Shown here piece after piece: positions 1 through 14,109 of a stretch of DNA of 64,000 nucleotides (within the stretch, counting starts at the first letter, position 1; the number at the start of each line of letters is the position of its first letter). This DNA comes from the human T2T-CHM13v2.0 reference genome, Homo sapiens: assembly GCF_009914755.1 (NCBI RefSeq), contig NC_060929.1. One strand, 5' to 3'. Below the pieces are notes generated by a model that did not search any database, was not told where the DNA came from, and worked only from the letters and a program-made list of their open reading frames with translations. A program made the translations under genes and the position numbers.

Positions 1-1316
1 ACACATCTACAACCATCTGATCTTTGACAAACCTGACAAAAACAAGAAATGGAGAAAGGATTCCCTATTTAATAAATGGTGCTGGGAAAACTGTCTAGCC
101 ATATGTAGAAAGCTGAAACTGGGTCCCTTCCTTACACCTTACACAAAAATTAATTCAAGATGGATTAAAGACTTAAATATTAGACCTAAAATCATAAAAA
201 CCCCAGAAGAAAACCTAGGCAATACCATTCAGGACATAGGCATGGGCAAGGACTGCATGTCTAAAACACCAAAAGCAATGGCAACAAAAGCCAAAATTGA
301 CAAATGGGATCTAATTAAACTAAAGAGCTTCTGCACATCAAAAGAAACTACCTTTTCAGAGTGAACAGGCAACCTACGGAATGGGAGAAAAATTTTGCAA
401 TCTACTCATCTGATAAAGGGCTAATATCCAGAATCTACAAAGAACTCCAACAAATTTACAAGAAAAAAACAAACGACCTCATCAAAAAGTGGGCAAAGGA
501 TATGAACAGACACTTCTCAAAAGAAGACATTTATGCAGCCAACAGACACATGAAAAAATGCTCATCATCACTGGCCATCAGAGAAATGCAAATCAAAACC
601 ACAATGAGATACCATCTCACACCAGTTAGAATGGCAGTCATTAAAAAGTCAGGAAACAACAGGTGCTGGAGAGGATGTGGAGAAATAGGAACAGTTTTAC
701 ACTGTTGGTGTGACTGTAAACTAGTTCAACCATTGTGGAAGTCAGTGTGGCGATTCCTCAGGGATCTAGAACTAGAAATACCATTTGACCCAGCCATCCC
801 ATTACTGGGTATGTACCCAAAGGATTATAAATCATGCTGCTATAAAGATACATGCACACATATGTTTATTGTGGTACTATTCACAATAGCAAAGACCTGG
901 AACCAACCCAAATGTCCAACGATAGACTGGATTAAGAAAATGTGGCACATATACACCATGGAATACTATGCAGCCATAAAAAATGGTAAGTTCATGTCCT
1001 TTGTAGGGACATGGATGAAGCTGGAAACCATCATTCTCAGCAAACTATCGCAAGGACGAAAAACCAAACATCGCATGTTCTCACTCATAGGTGGGAAGTG
1101 AACAATGAGAACACTTGGACCCAGGAAGGGGGACATCACACACCGGTGCCTGTTGTGGGGTTGGGGGAGGGGGGAGGGATAGCATTAGGAGATATACCTA
1201 ATATAAATGACGAGTTAATGGGTGCAGCACAGCAACATGGCACATGTATACATATGCAACAAACCTGCACGTTGTGCACGTGTACCCTAGAACTTAAAGT
1301 ATAATAATAATAAAAA
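1..1316 (+). mobile_element. LINE-1 3' part (ORF2 C-terminus, 3'UTR, A-tail), L1PA4-6-like; runs off the left edge of the window
   Basis: Typical L1PA 3'UTR (G-rich tract, gacgagttaatggg, ccctagaacttaaagtataataataataaaaa) following ORF2-like sequence. Confidence 0.95.
361..1101 (+). pseudogene. L1 ORF2p C-terminal (cysteine-rich) remnant
   Basis: Translation contains [29 protein letters not shown] and [14 protein letters not shown]; begins at GTG after an apparent frameshift near 353. Confidence 0.9.
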
Positions 1317-2139
1317 GATAATCGTTGATATCTGGAGAGAAAAAGGTAGAGATAAAGATAGAGGTAAGGAAAGGCAGAGGGAGAAAAAGAGAAAAGAAAA
1401 TGATACGACTACTACAACTATCAATGCAATTACTAACTACACCAATATAATACCTCGTTATTTCTCAGACTATACTGCATATTAATCATCTCTTTCTGTG
1501 TTTGTTATACATTATTTGTTCTGTGGCATAGATTCTTGCAATAGACAATATAGTGTTCTATTTCATAATATTATAATCATCATCATAAATATTACTATTA
1601 TTGTGTTTATTATTGTAAGTATTATCTTATTATATGCCATCACCTGCAACCTCTCAATCAGTCCCTGGAAAATAAGTAAGCCATCAAATATTAAGATAGG
1701 GTCAGTAAATACATGCAATTTAAAAAAATAACAGCAGCTTCTAAAACAAAACACACACAGCAGTTGTCAAAGCCCAACTGTGTACTAGTAATTAAAAATC
1801 TGTGTTTAATTATTCATCCACTTTACCTTTCATTTATAAACAAATATTTTGTTAATGTTTAAATGCATCACAAACAATGCTTCATAAAAGAGAAAGAAAT
1901 ATAATTATTAACAGATGATTTCTTTCAATAAATGAAGTATCCGGGCTAGAAGGAGAAATGCCTGTTCTGGCTAGTTTCACAGTCTGTGCTCTCTCTCCTT
2001 TCCATGCAGATTCACACACATCTCCTCTCATCATTAGAAGTTTGCTACGAACTCAGGCGAGGATGAAAATAATTTCTGATAAAGTATGAGAAGCATGTAG
2101 CTTCCAAAACCTTGAAGATGATAATTTAGTAAAAATCTC

Positions 2140-2790
2140 AACTAGAGTTAAATGAATATGTATATATACTTCAAAACATTATGTTGTACCTTATAAATAC
2201 ATATAATGTTATATGTGTATTTAAAAATACATTAAAAAATAAATGTCGTTAATAAGGAGGCATGTGAGAATTGTGAGCCCCTGATAGGATGCAATAAGAA
2301 CATAGCATCTCTTTTTATAACCTGAGTCTAAACACAAGGAGACGTTAAACCATCCTAAATTTAAAATATCTTAAAAAAATAACTAGCCTACAGTCTTCAA
2401 AAGTGCCAAAGACATAGAAATCAAAGTTAAACAAGCATTCCAGATCGAAGGAGAGACTAAAGGAAAATGACAAATTCAAGAGTGATTCCAAACTGAATTA
2501 TTTTAGAATAATGCTAGAAAGGGCATTATTAGAGCAATTGGCAAAATTTTTATATGGTCTGCGGATTAGATGGGAATGGTTGATCAACGTCCTTTTCCTG
2601 ATTTTGATGGGTATAGGTATTACGGTTACACAGGAACATGTCCTGCTTGAGAGAAAATACATACTAAAGTTTCTGGGAATCAGACTGCAATTTGTTTCAT
2701 TTTGTTTTCAAAAATGAAAAGTTCTTTTCACTATATTTTCAACTCTTCTATAGGTTTGTGATTATTTGAGATGTGAATGTAGTTTAAAAT
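2140..2790 (+). mobile_element. Old L1 3'-end fragments (L1MA/MB tail ~2140-2243; L1MC/ME 3' region ~2270-2790)
   Basis: Motifs caaaacattatgttgtacctt, ttccagatcgaaggagagactaaagg and ttcctgattttgatgg resemble mammalian-wide L1 3' ends. Confidence 0.6.
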
Positions 2791-3699
2791 GTTTTAAACA
2801 AACCACCAATATATTAAAACACCTCTCTTGTCAGAAAGGGATGGAATGTATGTAATTACATTGTTTTGACAAAAAATTGTCTCTAAACCATATTATTTTT
2901 CTATTATTATACAAGCTTTAGAATGAGAGTTTTGTAATATATTTTAATTTTTCTGCACTATCTGATGTAACAAGCTCATTACCATATGATTCTCACATGT
3001 ATAATAATAAGTCACATGTGAAATAATATTTTCTACATCCTACAAATTATATATTTTGATGAATTTCATTGCTCCAGATTGTGTGAACATTTCTAAAGAT
3101 ACTAAAAGTTACCATATATATACATAGAAGTGAGTATGGCTAGAATAATTTTGAATAAAAAGTATTGGGCTTAATCAACTCTGTATAGTTGAATTTCAAG
3201 CTTTTGAAGTAAGAGACTGAAGTAAAAGATAAAATATTTAGAAAAATAAATCTGTTCTATCACATTAAGATATTTAATTTTCTTCTTTATTTCTATCCTA
3301 ACTGATTCTGGTGAGGAAAAAAATGACCTTTCTTGCGCAATGACAAAACTATGTTTCTCAATGCTGGTGTCATTTATTTAAGTCATAGTAGCCATTTTGT
3401 ACTATCACTTTGGAAATAAATTTTCCTTGTAAAACACAAAATTCGGTTTAACACTAGGCATTGTCTTTTTAGAATATAGCACTTTCTCCATAAAGCAATA
3501 AAAAAAGTAATTGGAGGCTGAGCAGCTTGGAGAAGTTCATATAAATGTATTAAAAATGAATATGTGTGAGCTATGAACTTTTGCATTTCTTAATATAGAA
3601 ACAGAAGTTACAGTCAGACCTCAGAAAGGACAGTATTTTTTTCCTTCTAGAAAATGTCATCATATCTTTAAAATCTTGCTCAGGTCCATTTCAAAAGAT

Positions 3700-4720
3700 A
3701 GTTCATTCAGAACTTTGACCAGATTAAGAAAATATTCTCACAAAATATCTGATAGACAAAGTTTGTTTCACACTTGGCTCTATCAATTTTTACAAGAAAT
3801 GTTTACTATTTTTCTTGTTCCCAATAACTGTATATTGAAAATTTAGTGCAATCAATGATGGCCTGTTCTCTTAAGTTAATTGATTCTCTAAAAATGTTTA
3901 GAGCCTTTTAAATTTTCCATATCTCTGCGTGAGTTATACATTTATTTTTAAAAGAATTCCCCATTTACTCAAAACTTTCTCTTTATTGACTTAAAATTGT
4001 TTAAGTTACCTCTTATTTTCTTTTTATATTCATGAGGGTGTCCCTATTTGCATTGCTGACATTGATACTTTCCATTTTTTCCATTAATTTTTTCTTCAGT
4101 TTTATGAAAGAATTGTTAAATTTAATAATCTTTTCAAAGAACTAATAGCTCTGTTTCAACTTCATTATATTATACATCTAAAATATATTTTATGAATTTA
4201 TGTTCTTATTTTTATGATTTGATCCACTCTCTATTTTTATACTGATTTTATTTTAATTTTCTTGGTTTCTTGAGATGGAACATTTAATCACTGAATTTCT
4301 ACCTCATTACTTTACAAATATATGCAGTTAAATCTATAACTTGTTTTCTGAAAAAGTTAAATTGCATCCCACTAGCTTCATATGTTTCTAATTATCTTTC
4401 GTGGAGTTTTCTTTTAATATTTATTAACCATAGGATACTTAATAGTGTTTTTTTCCTGATTTTGATGGGCATAGGTATTACGGTATTACATAGAAAAAGA
4501 ATATATTTTAATGATTTTAATAATTAATGACACAGCATATGGTTAGTTTTGGTAAATGTATCCAATGCCATTGAAAACAACAGGGATTTTCTTATTGTTT
4601 GGTACGGTCTATAACTGAATTAGGTTATTTTTACCATGTTGCTAAGATATTTTATATTCGTACTTTTTTTACTGATCTTATCTGCTCTTAAGGGATGCAA
4701 TGTTCTTACAGTTTAATTAT
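3700..4720 (-). mobile_element. Highly diverged L1M ORF2 fragment
   Basis: T-rich antisense L1 motifs (aatcttttcaaagaac, gcatatggttagttttggtaaatgtatcc). Confidence 0.55.
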
Positions 4721-5893
4721 GGAGTGGGTAGACATTTAATCCATTTTGTTTATACTTAAAGGAAAATTATATTTTAGATTTTAAAAATAATATTTAATAA
4801 AGATAAAATATTTTAGGCTACATCAGGAAAATCTACATGTTAATTTTCTACATAAAGATGTTAATTGGAATAAAACCTTAGAATATAATGTATCATTTTA
4901 TAATACAAGCGCAAATATTTTAATACATACATATGTAGTGAAATAATTATTTCTTAAAACATTTTTCAATATCCGTAAATATTAAATCCTTAAATAATTT
5001 TTTGAAGAGAAATAATTAAAATAAAAATTTGTTTTTTGATAAGGTAATAATTTTTAATGAGTGATAATAATATGGTGTAAAGTAAAACAAAAATGTCATA
5101 TATAATGGTTTTATATATGTACTTAAAATTATTTAATATTTTTATTATAAATTACTCGATCTGGTTATCAGAAACCATAAATTCAAAAATGACCTTTACA
5201 TGTGGGAAGAAAATGGTGGTTAGCAAGAGGACTATTATCATGGACTTCTCTACCATAGATGTCTCAGAAGAAGAAACAATGGAAGTCAAATGTGCTTGTG
5301 GGGAGAAATTCTATATATCAGAATTTGTAACACACACTCAATATTATTTACTAACAAAAAGTTAATGGACAGCCCTAATTTATAAAATAATTCTAGCAGG
5401 TCACACTTGATTTATCAAGATTGCTGACTCTAAGTAAATTTGGTCTTTATAGATTTATAGGATCCCTGGCTGTCTAGATAATCAAAACCAGTCCAAAAAG
5501 CCACTAATCAATGACTATAAAGTGGAAATATTTTAAAATTAAAGTGGCTTTCTTTTGTGTAGCAGTATCTCCATTTATACTGCTCAGAACCAACATCTTC
5601 TGTTAGATTTCAAAACAAAAGTGGGTCGAAATGCAGGAGATAAAAATCATTTTGGTGCAATTGCATCTGGAAATCTGAGTTCTATAAAGAAAGAATGTTT
5701 AACCTGTGACTGTTTTTTCATTGCAACTTTTTGGATATTAGTAACTTTGGGTCCTTGGAAAGATCCCAAACACATTTGATACTTATTGACAATTCAACCT
5801 TTCCTTTTACTATATATATTGGGCCAACAGCATTATTGACTCTCAGGCCCATGTATCACAATGGTTAAGACAGTTTTTCACAAGAAAACTGAG

Positions 5894-6509
5894 GTTATAG
5901 AAAACACCATAACCTAACACAGGTTCAAATGCTCACTGCTTGCTGAGTCCAATTAAGAAGAGCAAGGTCTGGTAGAAAGTGATGTTATTAACTAAAGCTA
6001 CTAAAGGGGAAATGGCTGGATTTCCAGCCAAAGCAACCACTTTAATTTGCATCCAGGAGTTGGGGAGACAGGAGTTTAAAAAGGGAAAATTTGATATGGA
6101 ATACCTGCAATAATTGTGTTGAATACAATGTCTGTGTATCTTGTTCTGGTGGCTATCTTGGGTCCCAGTCCACCTGAATCTCAGGCTGGCCTCATTTCAA
6201 CAATGGCCATGTTGTTGACTATCTGCCTTGAAGTAATCTCTTGAATTTTGCAACTTGGTCTCCATGCTTAGTCTGTCTGTGTCAAGATTAGCCCCTGGAA
6301 CTGCTAAGAAGGCACATAGTTAGACATTGGAATACAGTTAAATAAATGTGAAGGGAGCATATACAGTGAGAAAAGGAGGGACATGGAGTCTATCTTAAGG
6401 CTAGGAGACAAGGCTTCTGCAGTTCCTTTCAATGTTATATCTTGAAACCCAAGAGAAAGGGAAAGAAAAGTTTTAAAATTCATTTTGAAGTTAAGCTGCC
6501 TTAACAACA
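5894..6509 (-). mobile_element. ERV1-class solo LTR (MER89/MER34-like)
   Basis: The minus strand starts tgttgttaaggcagcttaacttcaaaatgaattttaaaac; ~615 bp with LTR-like composition; family assignment from memory. Confidence 0.65.
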
Positions 6510-7709
6510 TAATGAAGTTTTAATGCAGGGATAGTTTCCAATGTGTCACTAATATGAAACCAGATCTTTGAAAAAGATTGTAGGGGAAAATATTCTACTT
6601 CTGCAATTTGGAGGGAATAGACATTTGCATGGGGCAATTGGCTAAATGAATAGACAGTGTCTAGAAGAAGGACAATTAGCAAACAATATATCCTCTGACA
6701 ATTTTTAGTACCCCAGATAAAAACTAGACATAGAAAGGAGGAAGCAGAAAGATTCATACAGAAAAAAGGAAGACCAGTTTTTTCCCCAATATAAGAAAAA
6801 CTTAGGCTTCATGGTCATTTGGAGAGACACCATGCTCATTTTCAACATAACTCTATTAAGAATTCTGATTGTCTGAAAGGCTATACATGTATAATGAGAC
6901 CATGGTCAGTTAGCACGAAACTCAGAGTGGAAAAAAATCAAGACTTTTTACTGAGAAATATCAGAAGTCTGATGAATCCCTGCTAGCATGTACTCTCAGG
7001 ACAAATATTCAGAGAAGCACACCACTAATTTTGATAGTGTTAGATAAAAGAGTTTATATGAGTTAACAATCGACTTCTCAGTGGCTGCAAATGTTGTGAA
7101 CCCACTCTTTCAGACAGTAGGACAATTGATTGAGCAAAGAATTAAAAAAAATTCAATTCAGCAGTTACTCAAAGGATTCGCTGGTTCACCATTTCCCCAT
7201 GAAAAAATGGAACACTTCCATCATGCATTAGGAAGTTTTGGATGCAGTTAACTCTAGGTTGGTTTATGATATTCATAGAGATGAACCTCATTTTGTCATA
7301 GCCCAGGACAGATACTTTGACTTGGGAGCTTTCCAATCTTGAAAGCCTTATATGAGCTTTCAAGTGGGTGAAAGGAGAGAAGTCAAGAGGAAATTTTAGA
7401 AATAGTACCTGACCTGTTGGTCCAGTTACCAGTCAAGGGGTTTGTCAAGTCTCTCCTGGCAAAGACAGCGTGGGAACACAACTGTTAATTAAAGTTGGGT
7501 TTGTTACTTGTTGCCAAGAGGGAGAACACACATCATGGGGGATTGTGGTCCAAAATTTTTCATTCTTTCATCTATATAATTTATCTTCCTCTTTTACCTT
7601 AATCATCATGAAATGCAGAGAAATATGCTTTAATTCTATATAGACTTTGTTTTAAATGTTCACTTTACTGCTTGTGTTATCACACGATTTCTCACTCTTT
7701 CTGTCTCTT

Positions 7710-7770
<61 letters not shown>
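7710..7770. repeat. Compound microsatellite (CT)n(GT)n
   Basis: Read directly from the sequence. Confidence 0.98.
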
Positions 7771-7772
<2 letters not shown>

Positions 7773-7789
7773 TTCCCTAGTTCCCTAAC

Positions 7790-8300
7790 TCTCTTTCTTC
7801 TTTGCTGGCTTCCTACTTCATAATGGGCAAAACGCCTCAGGGTTCAGTCATTAACCTTTGTTACTTTTCTACAGAGTCTGTCCATGATATTTCATCTAAT
7901 TCCACATTTTAAGGATTGTGTGGTGATTATTCACAAAACTTAACAGACATGCTAGTCCTCTCTTAAGCTCCAAATGACTCCAATGCCTATATGCCATCTT
8001 TAGTTGAATTTTAATAGGTCTTCTAAGTGTAAGATTTATTGAAGTAAAGAAAAAAAGGGCAACAACAAACACACCCTATTCAATACATACCTAAAACTTT
8101 TTACTCCCCCAGATGCACATCATTGATCCTGTTACCCAGGCCTAAACCTTTGCAGTCATCCTTGATTTCTCTTTCCGTCATGCCTGATATATTGTCACTA
8201 CTCAACATCCACACCACTGATAACCTGGTCCAAGCCAGCACTTGACTGGCAGTTCTGACTCCACTTAAGACTCACTATACTCACTATAGTTTCTACTCTG
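7790..8300 (+). mobile_element. L2 fragment
   Basis: L2 motifs cctcagggttcagtc and caggcctaaacctttgcagtcatccttgatttctc. Confidence 0.65.
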
Positions 8301-8451
8301 CAATGCAGTATGGGTACGTTTTATTTATTTATTTATTTATTGCTGTCATTAAAACTGTGGCGCTCTCTCTCTATATATATATAGATATAGATATATGTAC
8401 ATATGTGTATATGTACACACACCTACCCATTCTCACATATATATGCACATA

Positions 8452-11105
8452 TAATATTTCAATAACTTTGGGGGTACAAGTGGATTTTGATTACACGGAT
8501 GAATTGTATAGGATGAAGTCTGAGAATTTACTGCACCTGTCACCCAAGTAGTGTACATTGTACCCAACATCTAATTTTTTTTTATCTCTTACCCCTCTCA
8601 CTCTCCCCCCTTCTGAGTCTCCAGTGTCCATTACACCACTCTACATGCCTTTGCGTACCTTTAGCTTAGCTCCTACTTATAAATGAGAACATACGGTATT
8701 TTGTTTTCCATTCCTGAATTACTTCCCTTAGAATAAAGGCCTTCAGTTCTCTCCAAGTTGCTGCAAAAGACATTATTTCATTATTTTATATGGCTAAGCA
8801 GTATTCCATGGTGTATATAAGACGTTTTCTTGATGAACTCATCAGCTGATGGGTGCTTAGGTTGGTTTCATATATTTGCAATTGTAAATTGTGCTGCAAT
8901 AAACATATGTGTGCAGAGGTCTTTTTAATATAATGACTTTTTTTCCTTTGAGTAGATACCCATTAACGGGATTGATGTATTGAACGGTAGATGTACTTTT
9001 AATTATTAGAGAATTTCCCTACTGTTTCCTACAGAGGTTGTATTAATTTGGATTCCCATCAACAGTGTATAAGCATTCCCTTTTACCACATCCACAACAT
9101 CTATTGTTTTTTGACTTTTTAATAATGGTTATCTGGCTGGGATAAGGAGGTATCTCATTGTGGTTTTAATCTGCATCTCCCTGATGATTAATGATGTTAA
9201 GCATTTTTTAACATTTGTTGGCCATCTGTGTTTCTTATTTTGTGAAATGTCTATTCATGTCATTTGCCCACTTTTTGATGAGATTTTTTTTCTCTTGCAG
9301 ATTTGTTGAGGTCCTTATAGATTCTGGATATCAGTTTTCTGTTGGATACACTTGTCAAATAGTTTCTCCAATTCTCTGGGGTGCCTGTTTACTCTGATAA
9401 TTATTTCTTTTGCTGTGAAGAAGCCTTTTAGTTTAATTACATCCTATTTATTTATTTTTGTTTTGATTGCATTTGCTTTTGGGGTCTTAGTCATAAATTA
9501 TTTGCCTAGGCTAATGTATAAAATAGTCTTTCCTAGATTTTCTTTTAGAATTTTTATGGTTTCAGGTCTTAGATTTAAATCTTTTATCCATCTGGAGTTG
9601 ATTTTTGTTTGTGGTGAGAGATATGGATACAGTTTCAGTCTTCTACATGTGGCTATTCAGGTTTTTGAGCACCATATATTGAATACGGTTCTTTTTGCCA
9701 ATTTGTTTTTGTATGCTTTGTCAAAGATCAGTTGGTTGATAAGAATTTGGCTTTATTTCTGGATTCTCTCTTCTTTTCTATTGGTCTATGTATCTACTTT
9801 TATATTAGTACCATGCTGTTTTGGTTACTATACCCTTGCATTATAATTTGAAGTTTGGTGATGTGATGCTTCTAGATTTGTTCTTTTTGCTTAGGATTGC
9901 TTTGGCTATTCAGGCTCTTTTTTGGTTCCATATGAATTTCAGGATTGTTTTTTCTAACGCTGTAAAAATGATGTTGGTATATTCTAATAGGAATTGCATT
10001 GAATCTGTAGATTTCTTTGGGCAGTGTGGTCATTTTTATGATGTTGGTTCTTCCAATCAATGAGTATAGGATATTTTCCATTTGCTTGTGTCATCTATGA
10101 TTTATTCCAGTAGTGCTTTGTAGTTTCCCATGTAAAAATCTTTTTACCTCCTTGGTTAAGTTTATTTCCAGGTATTTTATGTTTATTTTTTGCAGCTATC
10201 ATAAAAGGGATTGAGTTCTTCATTTGATTCTCAGCTTGGTTGGTGGTGGTGTACAGCAGTGCTACTAACTTGTGTTCATTGGTTTTGTAACCTGAGACTT
10301 TACTGAATTCATTGATCAAATCTAGGAGTCTTTTGGAGGCATTTTCTAGGTATATGATCATATCATTAACAAACAGAGATAGTTTGACCACCTCTTTTCC
10401 AATTTGGATGCCCTTTCTTTCCTTCTCTTTCCTGATTGCTCTGGCCAGGATTTCCAGTACTATGCTGAATAGAAGTGAAAGTGGGCATCCTTGTTTTGTT
10501 CCAGTTCTCAGGGGAAATGCTTTCAAATTTTCCCCATTCACTATGATGTTGACTGTGGGTTTGTCATTTATGGGTTTTATTATTTTGAGGTATGTTCCTT
10601 CTAGACCTAGTTTCTTGAAGATATTTGCCATAAAGGGATACTGGATTTTATTGAATGCTTTTTCTGTATCTATTGAGATGATCACGTGGTTTTTGTTTTT
10701 AATTCTGTTTCAATGGAGGATCACATTTATTGACTTGTGTTATGTTGAACCACCCTGTATCCCTGGGATGAAACTCACTTGAACTTGGTGAACTATCCCC
10801 TTGATGTGCTGTTGGACTTGGTTTGCTAGTATTTTGTTGAGGGTATGTATTTGCATCTACGTTCATCAGGGATATTAGTCTGTGGTTTTCTTTTCTTTTT
10901 TCTTTCTTTTTTTTTTTGTTATGTCCTTTCCTGGCTTTGATATCAGGGTGATGATGCTGGCTTCATAGAATGAGTTATGGAGGACTCTCTCTTTCTCAAT
11001 CTTTTGGAACAGTTTCCATAGGTTTAATAGCAATTATTCTTTGAATGTCTTGTAGTATTCGACTGTGAATCTGCCTGGCTCTGGGCTTTTGTGTTCTTGG
11101 CAATT
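8452..11105 (-). mobile_element. 5'-truncated L1PB (ORF2 RT/C-terminal region and 3'UTR)
   Basis: L1PB-type 3' end (ggggtacaagtgg...gaagtctgaga...gtagtgtacattgtaccc); minus ORF 10095..10685 translates as L1 RT ([34 protein letters not shown]). Confidence 0.92.
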
Positions 11106-12149
11106 TGATTATGGATAATTTTTCAACTGACAAGTAATAATCAAATACAAAAACATATACTTTTAAATGAACAACTGAATAAATTTTACAATATGAGAAC
11201 CCTTTTATAACCATGGCCAGGTCAAGAAATATTACTCAGACTGCAGAAACTTTCCCAGTTTTATATCCTAATAATGACGCACTCCTCATCCCACGATATA
11301 ACCACCATCTTGTCTTCTAATACTATAAGCTTAGTTTTGACTGGTTTTAAATTAATTTGAAAAATTATAAAATATGTATCTGTGTTGCATCTTTATCCAG
11401 TATTGCTTCCTAAGTGTCACACTTGCCGTACGTAGGTACATTCTGCTCATTTTTCATCATTTCATTATCAGTGAACATTTGGTCTGTTTCCAGTTATTTG
11501 CCATCTATTTATAATGCTGCCTTGAACATTGTTGTGATATTTCAGTAAACATAAGCACTCTCAAATACCTATAAATGGAATTATTAATTTTGCATTCATG
11601 TGTAATTCATTTTACTAGAAAATACTAAATTACTTTCCAAAGTTGCGCTATTGATTTATAACCCCACAAGCAGCATTCGAGAATCCATTTGCCTCACAAT
11701 CCAATACTTGTTATTGTCAGGCCTTTAAATAGTATTCATTCTGGGAATCGGTAGTACTATCTCATTTTTCTCTTAATTTGCATTAATCCAATCATGAGTT
11801 TCTGTTAATTTGCTTTCAATTTGCAGTAACGTAATTGCTAATAAAATGATGCTCCTTTTCAAATGTTTGTTGGTCATTTGGAGATACTGTTTCACGCCGT
11901 GCCTGAAAAATTATCTTGCACATTTTTTCTATTTTGATATTCTTTTACTATTGATTTGCAAAACTTTTTCATATTTTAAGGGAAAAAAGACTCTTTTATG
12001 GCTTGCTTTTTGCTCTCATAATGATTTTTGGTAAGAAAAGTTATAATTTTAATGTAGTTCAATTTAGTAATATTTTATGTTTAATGCTGTTCAACTCGTA
12101 TTTTAAAAATGTAGATTTCTTCCCCCAAATTCACGTTAGTGATTCCCAA

Positions 12150-12600
12150 CAGAATTCTCAATATAAAGGCAGCCCAATATTCAATAGCTTCAAACAACAA
12201 TATTCATTTTTGCTCAAAAGTCTGCAGGAGGGTTCGTATTGGCAGACTGACTGCTTCTCAGTGCACATCTGTGATTCAGATATGTTGCCTCTTCTCTGGG
12301 GTTCAACTCAGTGAAGATAGCTGTCCAAGTGTCTCTCACCCTCCGCCTACGACCAAAGGGCTTGCTGGTGCACATTCTTCACAGTGTGAGAACAGAAGTG
12401 AAAAATACATAAATAAATAAATAAGCCACTTTAAACCTCCTAAGCCCTAAGCTTGTAAACAGCACCCTGTCACTTCTGGCTCATTTTAATGACCAAAACA
12501 ACCCAAATTATCAATCCAAAGTCAGACGGGGACAAGGAGGGGGGATGAAGGTTTTCCATCTTTTCAGGAGGAAAAATAGCAAATCACAAGCCAAAAACTT
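12150..12600 (-). mobile_element. MaLR LTR, MLT1H/J/K-like
   Basis: Motifs agcttcaaacaacaa...gctcaaaagtctgcag and ctgtcacttctggctcattttaatgaccaaaaca. Confidence 0.6.
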
Positions 12601-13199
12601 GAGTTAATAACTGTATCAAATTAGTGAAAATAGTTTCACACTTATTTAACATAATTTAATGGATGAATATTCCACTTAGATGTAAATTTTACTTAATCTT
12701 ATTTGTATGAATGGACTGCAGCATGTATTAAGTTTTATTTGCTTTTTGTATATGTACATCCCAACTTAACATCTCTATTTATTGAAAAACAACTTTCCTG
12801 TTCTGCTCTGAAATGACATTTTTATAAATATTGGTCTACTTTTGGTTCTTATATAATACATGTTTTATTATGTGCTTATACACATGACAAATGCACATTA
12901 TTTTGTTACTATAGCTTTATATTAAAATTGGTATTTAATAGAGTAAATCCTCCCATAAATTTTTATTCTTTTTCAAGAATGTTTTGGCTCTTATTGGAAC
13001 AAAGTACTTCATACAAATTTTAGAATCAGATATTCATTTACTACCAAAACTAATTTGATAGAGATTTAACTGTAATTGCATTGAATAAATAGATAAATTT
13101 GAAGAAAGCATAAATCTTTACAATGACTAGACTGTAGTTTTGTTGCAAATTTTAGCTAGCCATTTGATATTTTTCATTCAGTTGTACTGTGTCATTTAA

Positions 13200-13508
13200 T
13201 TTTATTTTATATTTTTATTTTTTTAGAAACAGGGTCTCACTTTATACCCAGTCTGAAATGCAGTGGCCCTATCGTAGCTCAATGCAGCTTCTAACTCCTG
13301 AGTTCAAGCAATCTTCCTGATTCAACCTCATGCCTAGCTGAGACTACAAGCACGTGCCACCATACCTGGCAAATTTTAAATTTTTTTTATAGAGGCAAAG
13401 GCCTCACTATATTGCTTAGGCCAGTCTCTAACTCCTGGCTTTATGCCATCCTCCTGCCTCAGCCTCCCAAAGAGTTGGTATTACAGGCATAAGCTATCAC
13501 ATCTGGCC
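13200..13508 (-). mobile_element. AluJ
   Basis: Diverged antisense Alu dimer (agggtctcac...cctcagcctcccaaag...tggcc). Confidence 0.92.
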
Positions 13509-14109
13509 ATATTACATTATTCTTAAAGTCATTTTTTATGTCACAGATAATAGGAATTCATTGACTGCAACCAATAGCCTTGAAAATAGTAAACCTAAAC
13601 CATTAGATCCATTTACATTGAATAACAGTCTTTTTGAAGATTCTTTATGGTTTTCTAAGAATAAATCATATTATATTCTAGGAATATCAGTTCCTTGTTA
13701 ACTTCTTATACCTTCCATTTCTTTTTCTTTGCCTATTACAGTGGCTAAGCCAATAGGAGCATGTTAAATAGTGGCCAAGTGGTTAATTATCAGTCACAGA
13801 GAGAAACCTTTCACCAGCTATGTTGTAAATTATGAATGAATTCAATTTACTTTCCATCTCTAAATACCATAATGTTTTCCCATCCAAGATAAAATCTGAA
13901 CAGTAATGGGAGCCTGGCTACCTCTAACTACTTCTGCATATATCCCTTGACTATTCCACTTTAATTACATTTGAACATTTGCTGTTTATTTGCTTTTTTA
14001 TTTAACAAACACGTATAGTGCTTTCTATGGGCTGTGGAAATTTAACACTTTTCTCTAACATGCTATATTGTTCACACCTAGAAATCTAATTGCTGCTCTT
14101 TTTCCAGCA

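Larger units (their letters stand above)
11120..13860 (-). mobile_element. Old L1ME 3' portion interrupted by an MLT1 LTR and an AluJ
   Basis: Antisense L1M motifs (caggtcaagaaat, gaacatttggtctgtttccag, tactatagcttt, attgcattgaat). Confidence 0.65.

Noticed and set aside
1498-1754. Ile-rich ORFs on both strands
   Set aside because: Low-complexity ATT-rich DNA.
5093-5365. 90-aa ORF with a CxC motif
   Set aside because: The core (gacttctc...gaagaaacaatgga...aaattctatat) resembles a decayed L1 ORF1 fragment; no splice or domain support.
6620-6645. Octamer atttgcat with nearby caattg
   Set aside because: Spacing does not fit the SOX-OCT composite, and octamers occur by chance in AT-rich DNA.
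9215-10782. Hydrophobic, membrane-protein-like + strand ORFs
   Set aside because: Antisense readings of T-rich L1 ORF2.
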